Shown here piece after piece: positions 33,986 through 42,547 of a DNA stretch of 64,000 nt (its first letter is position 1; every line of letters begins with the position of its first letter). The DNA comes from Bacilli bacterium. Lineage in GTDB: Bacteria > Bacillota_I > Bacilli_A > RFN20 > UBA1709. The DNA is taken from assembly GCA_050949315.1 (NCBI GenBank), contig JBMNFL010000001.1:608001-672000 (forward strand), in the 5' to 3' direction. The notes under the pieces were generated by a model. The model worked only from the letters and a program-made list of their open reading frames with translations, ran no database searches and had not been told where the DNA came from. The position numbers were made by a program, and so were the translations under genes.

Positions 33986-36900
33986 TTATAAAGTTCTAAT
34001 ACTATCAACTGGAGAACGTCTACTCGCTCGCCAAACAGGTAGGAAGGTGCCAATACTTGCAATAACAAGAGAGCCCAAGATAATTGATAAAATATTTAAG
34101 ATACCAAAATTCAATAGTTGGATCCCAACATCCCTGGCCATTACAACATTTAAACGCCAACAAATAAGGGCCGAGACTACGATACCAAGACCTGCACATA
34201 AGGCCGCCACAACTCCGGCCTCTGAAAAGAAGATTTTAAAAAGATCGTTCCCTCTAGCACCAATCGCTCGTAGAATACCAATTTCTTTAGTCTTTGAAGA
34301 AATGGAAGAAGCGATAAAGTTTAGAAGCATAAGGGCGGCAAAAATTGAAAAGACGATGCCGGTTGATAAAAAGGCGGTTTCTAAAGCTTCAATCAGCATC
34401 AGATAAATCGTTAATTGTTTATAAATATTATTGGTCATTTCATAATTATAAGAATCAAAATCACTTAAAAGATTTTCAATTTGATTTTGGGTATATTCTG
34501 TTTTGGTAATGGCAAATTGATATTTTTCATCAGTCGGTTTTTGATAAGCGGTCTTACTTTCAACATAATAATAATCACCAGATAAATCTGCGTTCACACT
34601 CATAAATTCTTCACTTACTAAATAACTTGAAGTGTAACTTTCTGTTTTAAAATAACCAATAACTTCCATCTCTCCTGAAACATTATGATAATTCTTATAT
34701 TTCAATTTTGGACTAGTTGTTGTTATAAGTTTGGCATCTACATTCCCAGGTTGATAACCAATATCTAAAAGTTCACTAATGTCCGTAGTAGAGATAGTTA
34801 TTTCATTATTGATAAAATTTAATAAATACTGGTATTCTTCCGCACTGCATTCTGTAGAATCTTCTGTCATTTTCTCATAGATAGAAGTGATTGTTTCATC
34901 GTTGTTATAATTGTAAGAGTTAGCAAGACAGGTGGCATTATAGTGTTCCAAAATCAAATCAGAATCATCTCGATTTTTTAAGTAAGTATCGATGGCCTCG
35001 ATTTTTGTAACATCATAAGGCGCCTCTTGAACGGCCGCTTCAAGATCGTTAACAAAGTTAGTATATTCAACATTATCCGCTTTTTGATAAGCTTGATGGG
35101 CAGCCTTATAACTAAGTCCTTTATTAAGCGTGTAGTAACGATTGTAAAGCTTAACAAAATAATCATCAATTAAAGCCTTGATGGCCGTAAAATCTTCATT
35201 AAAATCAAAGTCTTCATCAAGATAATCGGAATCATCGCCATAATAGTAGTTTGTTAAACGCTGGATCATTTTAGATACCGCTGTTCTTGAATCATCTCCC
35301 TTATACTTGTCATAAACTTCCTGATCATAGTCTTTGTTACTTAAAACAAAACTCGCTTTACTTAACCAAGCTAGATAATTCTCGCGGGTTTCTTTAACAT
35401 AGGTATCATAAGAAACATAAACTTCATTGTTTTTAGGGGCCGCATAATTAATAACGGCACCATCTAAATCATATACGATAAAAGATTCAAGATTTTTATT
35501 AACAACCTTAGGGGTATAGAAAAAACTGTAGTAATCATTCTGATTGACCGCTTCATTTTTCCCGATATTTTCAGCCATATACAAACCTCTGTAAGGCAAA
35601 GGTTCAACATAACTTATTGAACTGGCTTCAAAGAATTGAGGAGCATGAGTATCATAAAAAGAAGGAGCCACATAACCCATCACATGATAACTATTTATTA
35701 AATATTGAACAAACTTGGATTTAACATTCATGTTTTTTTCAAGCCCAGTGCTCATATCCTTGAAAAGTTCAGGAAAATCACCAAGTTTATAAATACCTGA
35801 AACCTTTAACTTGAGATTGCTTATTTTTTTATTGCCATTGATTCTAAAATTAAATTTCTTGCCAACGACATCGCTTTCTTGCTCAATCGTATTCATGCCT
35901 TTTTTCATAACATTAAAAGTATATTGACTGATAGCAATTTCTTCACTTGTTGAAGGATGAGTACCACTAGATAAAGAAAAGCCATTTTGTTCCATATAAT
36001 TTTGATCGGCATCAATAAAACCAAAAAGGCTACTAACAAAGTAACATTCCTCATTATTTGGAACAGTGACATCATTTAAAGTCGCTGCGACATTAAAATT
36101 AGTATCGCTGGTGCCGTTAAAGTTAAAAACACCTGCAAAAAGATGATTGTCGTCATTGGTATTCATATTTTGTAATTCTTGTTTGCCAAAACGCGTCGCA
36201 ACTTGGTCATTATAAGAGCCTTCATCAGTAATGGTACCAGTATCAAGGTCCTCCCGATAATAGGTGTTGGTTTTTTTGTAGGATTTCATAATTAACTCGT
36301 AATCTTGTTCAGAATTTGCTAAAGCCTTATTTAAAGAATAACTTTCATTATAAAGCATCATTGTGGAAGCTACTCCAAACATGATTAAAGAAAGCGTCGT
36401 AAGTAAACAGGCCATAATCATCTTTATAGGTTTACTTTTAAGTGCCGACATTCCCATTTTAAAGGCCCGCTTCATTGGTAGCTGGGACTTAATAAATTTG
36501 GCGTCATTCTTACCATACTTTTTTAATTCAACAGCCTCGGTATCACGAAAAACCTCACTACTGTTGTCGCGATTTAAACGGGTTGCTCGCCTTACAAGGC
36601 TAACCTGCTCTTCGCCACTAGAGATAATAACTTCACCTTTTTTGTCTTTTAAGCTCTGATAAATTGTCTCTACATCTGCTCGTGTTAATTTTTCAGCCTC
36701 TTTAATAGTTAAAACATTTTCATTGACAAAACTGATGTTTTCATTGATTTCTTGAGCTTTAATATAGTTCTTGGTCACATCACTGATGATCTTACCATCA
36801 CTCAGTTCAATGATCCGATCAGCATATAACTCGGCGAATTCGCGATCATGAGAAACAACTAAGACTAGTTTATCTTTTGACAACTTTTTAAGCGTATCCA

Positions 36901-37435
36901 AAACCTGTTTACCCGTTTTGCTATCCAAAGCCCCTGTTGGCTCATCAGCCATGATAATCTCAGGATTTTTAACCAAGGCTCTAGCGATAGCCACCCTTTG
37001 CTTTTGACCAACGGATAAGGTATTGGGTTTACGTTTACCTAAATTGGCAAGATCAACTTTAGCTAGTAAGGCATCTACGGCCGCTTGATCATTAGGCCGC
37101 CCTTGTAATTGCAAAGCCAAAGAAATATTTTGTTCAACATTAAAATCATTTAAGATATTGTACTCTTGGAAAATAAAACCGATATAGGCATTACGATAAC
37201 TATCAAAGTCCGCGGCTGAAAAATCGCGACTATTCCTACCTTTGATAATGATCTCGCCACTGGTCGCCTTATCTAAACCACCTGCAACATTTAAAAGTGT
37301 TGATTTCCCAGAGCCCGACTTGCCCAGTAAGAAAACCATTCCCGTCTCCGGAAAAGAAATACTGATATTATCAAGGGCTTTAACAACGTTGCCCCTAGTT
37401 TGATATTCCTTAGATAAATTTCTAATTTCTAGCAT
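33986..37435 (-). CDS. ABC transporter ATPase-permease fusion (MacB/FtsX type) with a large extracellular domain
   Basis: GKSGSGKS, ADEPTGALD, VSHD; C-terminal FtsX 'KEIGILRAIGA'. Confidence 0.92.
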   Translation of the reverse strand: MLEIRNLSKEYQTRGNVVKALDNISISFPETGMVFLLGKSGSGKSTLLNVAGGLDKATSGEIIIKGRNSRDFSAADFDSYRNAYIGFIFQEYNILNDFNVEQNISLALQLQGRPNDQAAVDALLAKVDLANLGKRKPNTLSVGQKQRVAIARALVKNPEIIMADEPTGALDSKTGKQVLDTLKKLSKDKLVLVVSHDREFAELYADRIIELSDGKIISDVTKNYIKAQEINENISFVNENVLTIKEAEKLTRADVETIYQSLKDKKGEVIISSGEEQVSLVRRATRLNRDNSSEVFRDTEAVELKKYGKNDAKFIKSQLPMKRAFKMGMSALKSKPIKMIMACLLTTLSLIMFGVASTMMLYNESYSLNKALANSEQDYELIMKSYKKTNTYYREDLDTGTITDEGSYNDQVATRFGKQELQNMNTNDDNHLFAGVFNFNGTSDTNFNVAATLNDVTVPNNEECYFVSSLFGFIDADQNYMEQNGFSLSSGTHPSTSEEIAISQYTFNVMKKGMNTIEQESDVVGKKFNFRINGNKKISNLKLKVSGIYKLGDFPELFKDMSTGLEKNMNVKSKFVQYLINSYHVMGYVAPSFYDTHAPQFFEASSISYVEPLPYRGLYMAENIGKNEAVNQNDYYSFFYTPKVVNKNLESFIVYDLDGAVINYAAPKNNEVYVSYDTYVKETRENYLAWLSKASFVLSNKDYDQEVYDKYKGDDSRTAVSKMIQRLTNYYYGDDSDYLDEDFDFNEDFTAIKALIDDYFVKLYNRYYTLNKGLSYKAAHQAYQKADNVEYTNFVNDLEAAVQEAPYDVTKIEAIDTYLKNRDDSDLILEHYNATCLANSYNYNNDETITSIYEKMTEDSTECSAEEYQYLLNFINNEITISTTDISELLDIGYQPGNVDAKLITTTSPKLKYKNYHNVSGEMEVIGYFKTESYTSSYLVSEEFMSVNADLSGDYYYVESKTAYQKPTDEKYQFAITKTEYTQNQIENLLSDFDSYNYEMTNNIYKQLTIYLMLIEALETAFLSTGIVFSIFAALMLLNFIASSISSKTKEIGILRAIGARGNDLFKIFFSEAGVVAALCAGLGIVVSALICWRLNVVMARDVGIQLLNFGILNILSIILGSLVIASIGTFLPVWRASRRSPVDSIRTL

Positions 37436-37619
37436 TTAAAACTCTCCCCAATAACCCTTGTACAGCATAAAAAATTCTTATTGTACACAACTGCACATTG
37501 TAGCATAAAATTATTTTTTTTCAATCTTTAAGAAAGCCTTATTTCTCTTAAAAAGCCGTGGGTTGATTTTAATTGCATAAGTAATTAAAATATAGATGTT
37601 CAAGAAAGAAGGTCTAGCT

Positions 37620-38810
37620 ATGGAAAGAAGAGTTGGAACAGTTGCCAGAGGTATTCGTACCCCTATCATTCGCGAAGGCGATGACTTAGCTAAAATAGTA
37701 GTTGATAGTGTTTTAGAAGCCGCTCAAAGCGAGGGCTTTGCCTTACGTGATCGCGACGTTATCGCTTTAACCGAGTCTATCGTTGCTCGCGCCCAAGGAA
37801 ACTATGTGGATATTACAACCGTAGCTATCGATGTTAAAAGTAAAATCTCCAGTCCAACTGTTGGTCTTGTTTTCCCTATCTTGTCGCGTAATCGCTTCGC
37901 CATCATCCTAAAGGGTATTGCTAAAGCCGTTAAAAAAATTGTTCTTATGCTTTCTTACCCCAGTGATGAGGTGGGCAATGCCTTGATATCTTATGAATTA
38001 TTAGATGCTAAAAAGGTCAACCCTGCTAATACTCTTTTAGATACGAACACCTTCCGTAAACTCTTTGGTTATTCGAAACATGAATTTACGGGCATTGATT
38101 ATATCGATTATTACACTTCACTCATTAAAGAGATGGGAGCGGAAGCGGAAATCATCTTTTCTAACCGCGCTGAAGATATTTTAAAATATACTAAACAGGT
38201 TATCGCCTGCGATGTTCATACAAGAAAAAGAACCAAAGCCCTTTTAAAAAACAAGGGGGCAGAAGTGGTTTTAGGTTTAGATGACCTTTTAACTAAACCC
38301 ATCAATGGCAGCGGTTTTAACCCTGATTATGGCTTACTTGGCTCCAATAAATCAACCGAAGAGAGCTTAAAACTTTTCCCAAGAGAGGCCGAGGGCTTGC
38401 TTTTAGACATTCAAAAACAAATCTTTAAAAAATGCGAAAAAAAGGTGGAAGTCATGGTCTATGGTGACGGAGCCTTTAAAGATCCACAGGGTAAAATTTG
38501 GGAATTAGCCGATCCTGTGGTAAGTCCTTCTTATACCGCTGGATTAAAAGGAACACCAAATGAATTAAAACTCAAATATCTTGCCGATAATGATTATAAA
38601 AATCTCAAGGGTCAAGAACTTGAAGAAGCACTTAAAACAAGCATTAAAAATAAAAAAGGTAATCTTGTTGGCCAAATGGCCTCTCAAGGAACTACCCCTA
38701 GACAATTAACTGATTTACTGGGTTCGCTCTGCGACTTAGTCAGTGGTTCTGGTGATAAAGGAACGCCAGTTGTTTTAATTCAAGGTTATTTTGATAACTA
38801 TAGCGATTAA
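37620..38810 (+). CDS. CofE-like (F420-0:gamma-glutamyl ligase family) protein
   Basis: 'P.IREGDDL', 'TESIVARAQG', C-terminal 'DLVSGSGDKGTPVVLIQGY'. Confidence 0.85.
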   Translation: MERRVGTVARGIRTPIIREGDDLAKIVVDSVLEAAQSEGFALRDRDVIALTESIVARAQGNYVDITTVAIDVKSKISSPTVGLVFPILSRNRFAIILKGIAKAVKKIVLMLSYPSDEVGNALISYELLDAKKVNPANTLLDTNTFRKLFGYSKHEFTGIDYIDYYTSLIKEMGAEAEIIFSNRAEDILKYTKQVIACDVHTRKRTKALLKNKGAEVVLGLDDLLTKPINGSGFNPDYGLLGSNKSTEESLKLFPREAEGLLLDIQKQIFKKCEKKVEVMVYGDGAFKDPQGKIWELADPVVSPSYTAGLKGTPNELKLKYLADNDYKNLKGQELEEALKTSIKNKKGNLVGQMASQGTTPRQLTDLLGSLCDLVSGSGDKGTPVVLIQGYFDNYSD

Positions 38811-39412
38811 AAATAATAGCGTTTATTTTGATCCGCAACTTGAAAGAAGCTTTGGTAAAAACCACGGCTTTTTTTAATATAATCAACAGCATATTTAGGA
38901 ACATATAAACTTCGGGGATTGATATTAGGATGTAAATGTTGCATTAAATAATAGGCGAAAGCTGTGGCATCAAGTTCAATGGGCTGGCTGAAATAATTCT
39001 TTTCTTCTAATTCACTACTACCTGTAATATCAATATATTTTTCAAAGTTTTTCTGCCAACTTAAAAGCATAGCTTGCGGTTCATATATACGAACATTTTC
39101 GCGATTTTTAAAACTTTCAACTACTCGCCTTTGGTAAAAATGGCGAATTTCATGCATAATTAAATACTTTACTAAAAAAACTTCATTTTTCTTGAAACGC
39201 TCTTTAATCCAAGCAATATTAAAAACGATCTCTCGCCGTTCATAATTACACTGGGCGGCGATTTCTTTAGAGGCGAAATCACTGGCATACGCAAAATAGA
39301 TTTGCCCAATGTCTGCAAATAAATAAAAACGAATTTCTTCGTTTAACCACTTGACTAATAAAGGAGAGACCTTTTCATTAAAAAATTGATAATCTGTCAT
39401 TAAAAATTCCAC
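38807..39412 (-). CDS. Putative zincin metallopeptidase
   Basis: HEIRH motif plus downstream 'QPIELDA.AFA'. Confidence 0.7.
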   Translation of the reverse strand: MEFLMTDYQFFNEKVSPLLVKWLNEEIRFYLFADIGQIYFAYASDFASKEIAAQCNYERREIVFNIAWIKERFKKNEVFLVKYLIMHEIRHFYQRRVVESFKNRENVRIYEPQAMLLSWQKNFEKYIDITGSSELEEKNYFSQPIELDATAFAYYLMQHLHPNINPRSLYVPKYAVDYIKKSRGFYQSFFQVADQNKRYYF

Positions 39413-39960
39413 TCTTCGCGTAAAATATAATAATTTTCAGTATCAATAAATTGTCCGCGATAAAAAACTTCTTGCCGGCGCATTCCTTCATAACGCATCC
39501 CGGCTTTTTCCATAACTAAACCACTAGAATCATGGCCAACAAAATGGGCGGCGGTAATGCGATTGTAACCAATTTCGGTAAAGAAGAATTTGATAACGGC
39601 TCTCAGTGCTTCAGCCGCATAACCCTTCCCCCAATAATTACTACCAAGGGCCCAGCCAACCTCAATCGTGAAATCTGAGTCGCTACGACTTGGGGTAACA
39701 AAAATCCCAATTGCTTCGCTTTTTTTCTTTAATTCAATCACCCAAAAATAAGTGTTGATATCCGCGCTGCGGCTAAGATAGGTGGTCATAAAAGCATTCA
39801 TGTTGTCAATGTTTTCATAGTAAGGGAGCTTAAAGGTTTTACTAACTAATTTATCATGCGCCAAGTTAGTGTAAATATCCTCTTTGTCGCTTTCCTTCAA
39901 ACGACGTAAGATTAAACGTTCGGTAACTATTTCTACTGAACCAACATGATTTAAGCCCAT
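39400..39960 (-). CDS. GNAT N-acetyltransferase (RimJ/RimL type)
   Basis: TERLILR, 'YWGKGYAAEAL', 'VMEKAGM.YEG'. Confidence 0.92.
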   Translation of the reverse strand: MGLNHVGSVEIVTERLILRRLKESDKEDIYTNLAHDKLVSKTFKLPYYENIDNMNAFMTTYLSRSADINTYFWVIELKKKSEAIGIFVTPSRSDSDFTIEVGWALGSNYWGKGYAAEALRAVIKFFFTEIGYNRITAAHFVGHDSSGLVMEKAGMRYEGMRRQEVFYRGQFIDTENYYILREEWNF

Positions 39961-40038
39961 ATTTTTCTCACCTCAGGCTCCATTATAACACATATTTTAA
40001 AATAAAAAGTCCCAACTTGAGGACTTTTGTGTAAATGA

Positions 40039-40114
40039 TGGCGCCTACTGTAGGACTCGAACCTACGACCGATCGGTTAACAGCCGAGCGCTCTACCGAC
40101 TGAGCTAAGTAGGC
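40039..40114 (-). tRNA. tRNA-Asn(GTT)
   Basis: Reverse complement GCCTACT..CTGTTAA..AGTAGGC-GCCA. Confidence 0.94.
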
Positions 40115-40116
40115 CT

Positions 40117-40193
<77 letters not shown>

Positions 40194-40305
40194 ATGTGCT
40201 TACTTAATATATCACTTAAACTTGACTTTAGTCAATACTTATTTAAGGTGAAGTCCGCTACCAAAAAGAAAAGCCTGCCTAGTGGCAAGCTTTAGCCTTT
40301 ACAAA

Positions 40306-40710
40306 CTAACGTTTACTGAATTGTGGTGCTCTACGAGCCGCTTTAAGACCGTATTTCTTCCGCTCTTTTGAGCGAGCATCTCTAGTTAACATGCCTGCTC
40401 TTTTAAGAGTAGGACGATAATCCATTGAAGCCTCCAAAAGGGCTCTTGCGATTCCTAAACGGATAGCGCCAGCCTGACCGGTGAAACCACCGCCACTGAC
40501 ATTGACACTAATATCAAATTGTTCAACTGTATTGGTTAAAGTTAAAGGTTGTTTAAGATCCATAACTAAGGTCGCATAAGGCATATATTTATCAACCTCA
40601 ACGCCGTTGACTAAAATCTTGCCTTTGCCAGGAACTAAGATAACACGGGCAGTAGAACTTTTTCTTCTACCCAAACCGGCATATTGAACTGCTTTTTTTG
40701 CTCTCGCCAT
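40306..40710 (-). CDS. rpsI: 30S ribosomal protein S9
   Basis: GRRKSS, GGG.TGQA, terminal QFSKR. Confidence 0.98.
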   Translation of the reverse strand: MARAKKAVQYAGLGRRKSSTARVILVPGKGKILVNGVEVDKYMPYATLVMDLKQPLTLTNTVEQFDISVNVSGGGFTGQAGAIRLGIARALLEASMDYRPTLKRAGMLTRDARSKERKKYGLKAARRAPQFSKR

Positions 40711-40724
40711 TGTTTTCTTACCTC

Positions 40725-41162
40725 CTACTTAAGTTCCCAGACTTCGGGATTTTGAGCTGCGTGTGGATGCTCGCCCCCAGCATAGACAAAAAGCTTTTTA
40801 TAAATCTTCCGTCCAAGAGGTCCTTTGGGTAACATACCCCAAACCGCTCTTTCCATCATCTCTACTGGATACTTTTCAACCATTGTCTTGGCGGAACGTG
40901 TTCTTAATCCGCCCATATAACCAGAAACATTGTAATAATTTTTTGTCATCAATTTATTACCCGTTAAGCCAACTTTTTCCGCGTTAACAATGATGACGTA
41001 GTCACCACAATCTAAATTCGGGGTATAAATTGGCTTGTCCTTACCGATTAAGGCTCTGGCAACCGCTGTCGATAGACGACCAAGCGGAATATCTGTGGCG
41101 TCTACTAAACGCCATTTGCGCACAATTTCGGTAGGCTTAATCATCGTTGTCTGATGTTGCAT
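40725..41162 (-). CDS. rplM: 50S ribosomal protein L13
   Basis: [22 protein letters not shown]. Confidence 0.98.
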   Translation of the reverse strand: MQHQTTMIKPTEIVRKWRLVDATDIPLGRLSTAVARALIGKDKPIYTPNLDCGDYVIIVNAEKVGLTGNKLMTKNYYNVSGYMGGLRTRSAKTMVEKYPVEMMERAVWGMLPKGPLGRKIYKKLFVYAGGEHPHAAQNPEVWELK

Positions 41163-41177
41163 ATTTGTCCTCCATTA

Positions 41178-41212
41178 CCACTTTGTAACTTTACCGGGGC
41201 TACAAAAGGCAA
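41178..41212 (-). ncRNA. Putative L13 leader (autoregulatory hairpin)
   Basis: CTTTTGTAGC-CCCGGTAAA-GTTACAAAG hairpin with a CCCCGG loop, between a TTGACA/TAATAT promoter (41231-41258) and the rplM RBS. Confidence 0.6.
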
Positions 41213-41284
41213 AACAGTGCCGCAAAACATATTACAATATTTCTCTTCTTTATGTCAATGTTTTTTCGTAAAAACAATAGGTTT

Positions 41285-42547
41285 TTACTCTTCAATCTTC
41301 TCTTTAGCTAGTGCCAACATCAATTTAATTCTATTTTCCTGATTGACCTTACTCGCACTTGAGTCATAGTCAATTGGTGTTATATTGGCATGGGGATGTA
41401 ACTTTTTCAAACGATTCATAACACCCTTCCCACAAATATGATTGGGTAAGCAACCAAAGGGCTGGGCGCAGATAATATTGCTGTAGCCAATTTTTATAAG
41501 TTCATTCATCTCGGCTGATAAAAGCCAACCCTCCCCCATTTTAGCCCCATGTTTAATAATGCCCTTAGCTTCCTTCCTTGTTGCCTTGAAAGGTTGCATC
41601 GCCTCAAATTTACTATATTTTTTAATCGCTTTAATCATCCAGCCTTCATAACGCGAGATTAACCAAAGAATGGCCGAACTATAAAGTTTATGACTAATTC
41701 TTGTTCTATAATAACGATAATCATATTCAGCATTTGCAAAGCAATACATTAAAAAGCCAAAGACCCCCGGCACTAAGATTTCCGCCCCCTGACTAACTAA
41801 AAACTCTTCTAAATTGTTGTTGCCAATCGCCGCATATTTAACATAGATTTCCCCAACAATTCCCACCTTTGGTTTGACTGTGTATTCAATATCTAAATTA
41901 TTAAAATCCTCAGTGATGGCCCTTAGATTTTTCTTAATTGCTCTAATAGAAGAGGCTTTGCCTAAACGCAATTCTTCTCTTAGTTTTTTATTCCATTTTT
42001 TAACTAAACCATCTGATGAGCCCTTAACTTTTTCATAAGAGCGGGTCTTATTGTGAAGATACATCAAAGTGTCGCCGTAAGTAACCGCCGCCAATAGATC
42101 AAAGAGAAAAGACAAATTGATTTTTAAACCTTCACTGCGTTTTAAATCACCAAGATTAAAGGTTATGACGGGAATATGACCAAAACCGGCACTGGCTAAA
42201 GCTTTTCTTAATAAAGGCACATAGTTAGTGGCCCGACAACCGCCGCCTGTTTGTGTTAAAATCAAAGCCACATGTTCCAAATCCTCTTCCTTTTTAAGGG
42301 CATCTAAAAATTGACCGATAACACAGGTGGCTGGATAACAGGTGTCATTGTGAACATATTTGAGTCCTTCGCGGACTAAAAGGGTGTCGCAATTATCTAA
42401 AAGGCGAGTTTTATAACCTTTGCGTTCAAAAGCACCAGCAAAAAGTTCCATATGGCTATCCATAAAAGAAGGAATTAAGACAGTATGAGTTTTACGCATT
42501 TCATCGGTAAAAATCGGATAATCTAAAAGAAATTTTTTCTTACCCAT
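41285..42547 (-). CDS. 2-hydroxyacyl-CoA dehydratase-related protein (partner of the CoA activase)
   Basis: NDTCYPA, QTGGGCRATNY, VGEIY, GEGWLL, QPFGCLPNH. Confidence 0.85.
   Translation of the reverse strand: MGKKKFLLDYPIFTDEMRKTHTVLIPSFMDSHMELFAGAFERKGYKTRLLDNCDTLLVREGLKYVHNDTCYPATCVIGQFLDALKKEEDLEHVALILTQTGGGCRATNYVPLLRKALASAGFGHIPVITFNLGDLKRSEGLKINLSFLFDLLAAVTYGDTLMYLHNKTRSYEKVKGSSDGLVKKWNKKLREELRLGKASSIRAIKKNLRAITEDFNNLDIEYTVKPKVGIVGEIYVKYAAIGNNNLEEFLVSQGAEILVPGVFGFLMYCFANAEYDYRYYRTRISHKLYSSAILWLISRYEGWMIKAIKKYSKFEAMQPFKATRKEAKGIIKHGAKMGEGWLLSAEMNELIKIGYSNIICAQPFGCLPNHICGKGVMNRLKKLHPHANITPIDYDSSASKVNQENRIKLMLALAKEKIEE

Noticed and set aside
37001-37020. ABC signature LSVGQ instead of LSGGQ
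   Set aside because: Single substitution of a kind seen in other ABC ATPases; Walker A/B and the H-loop are intact.
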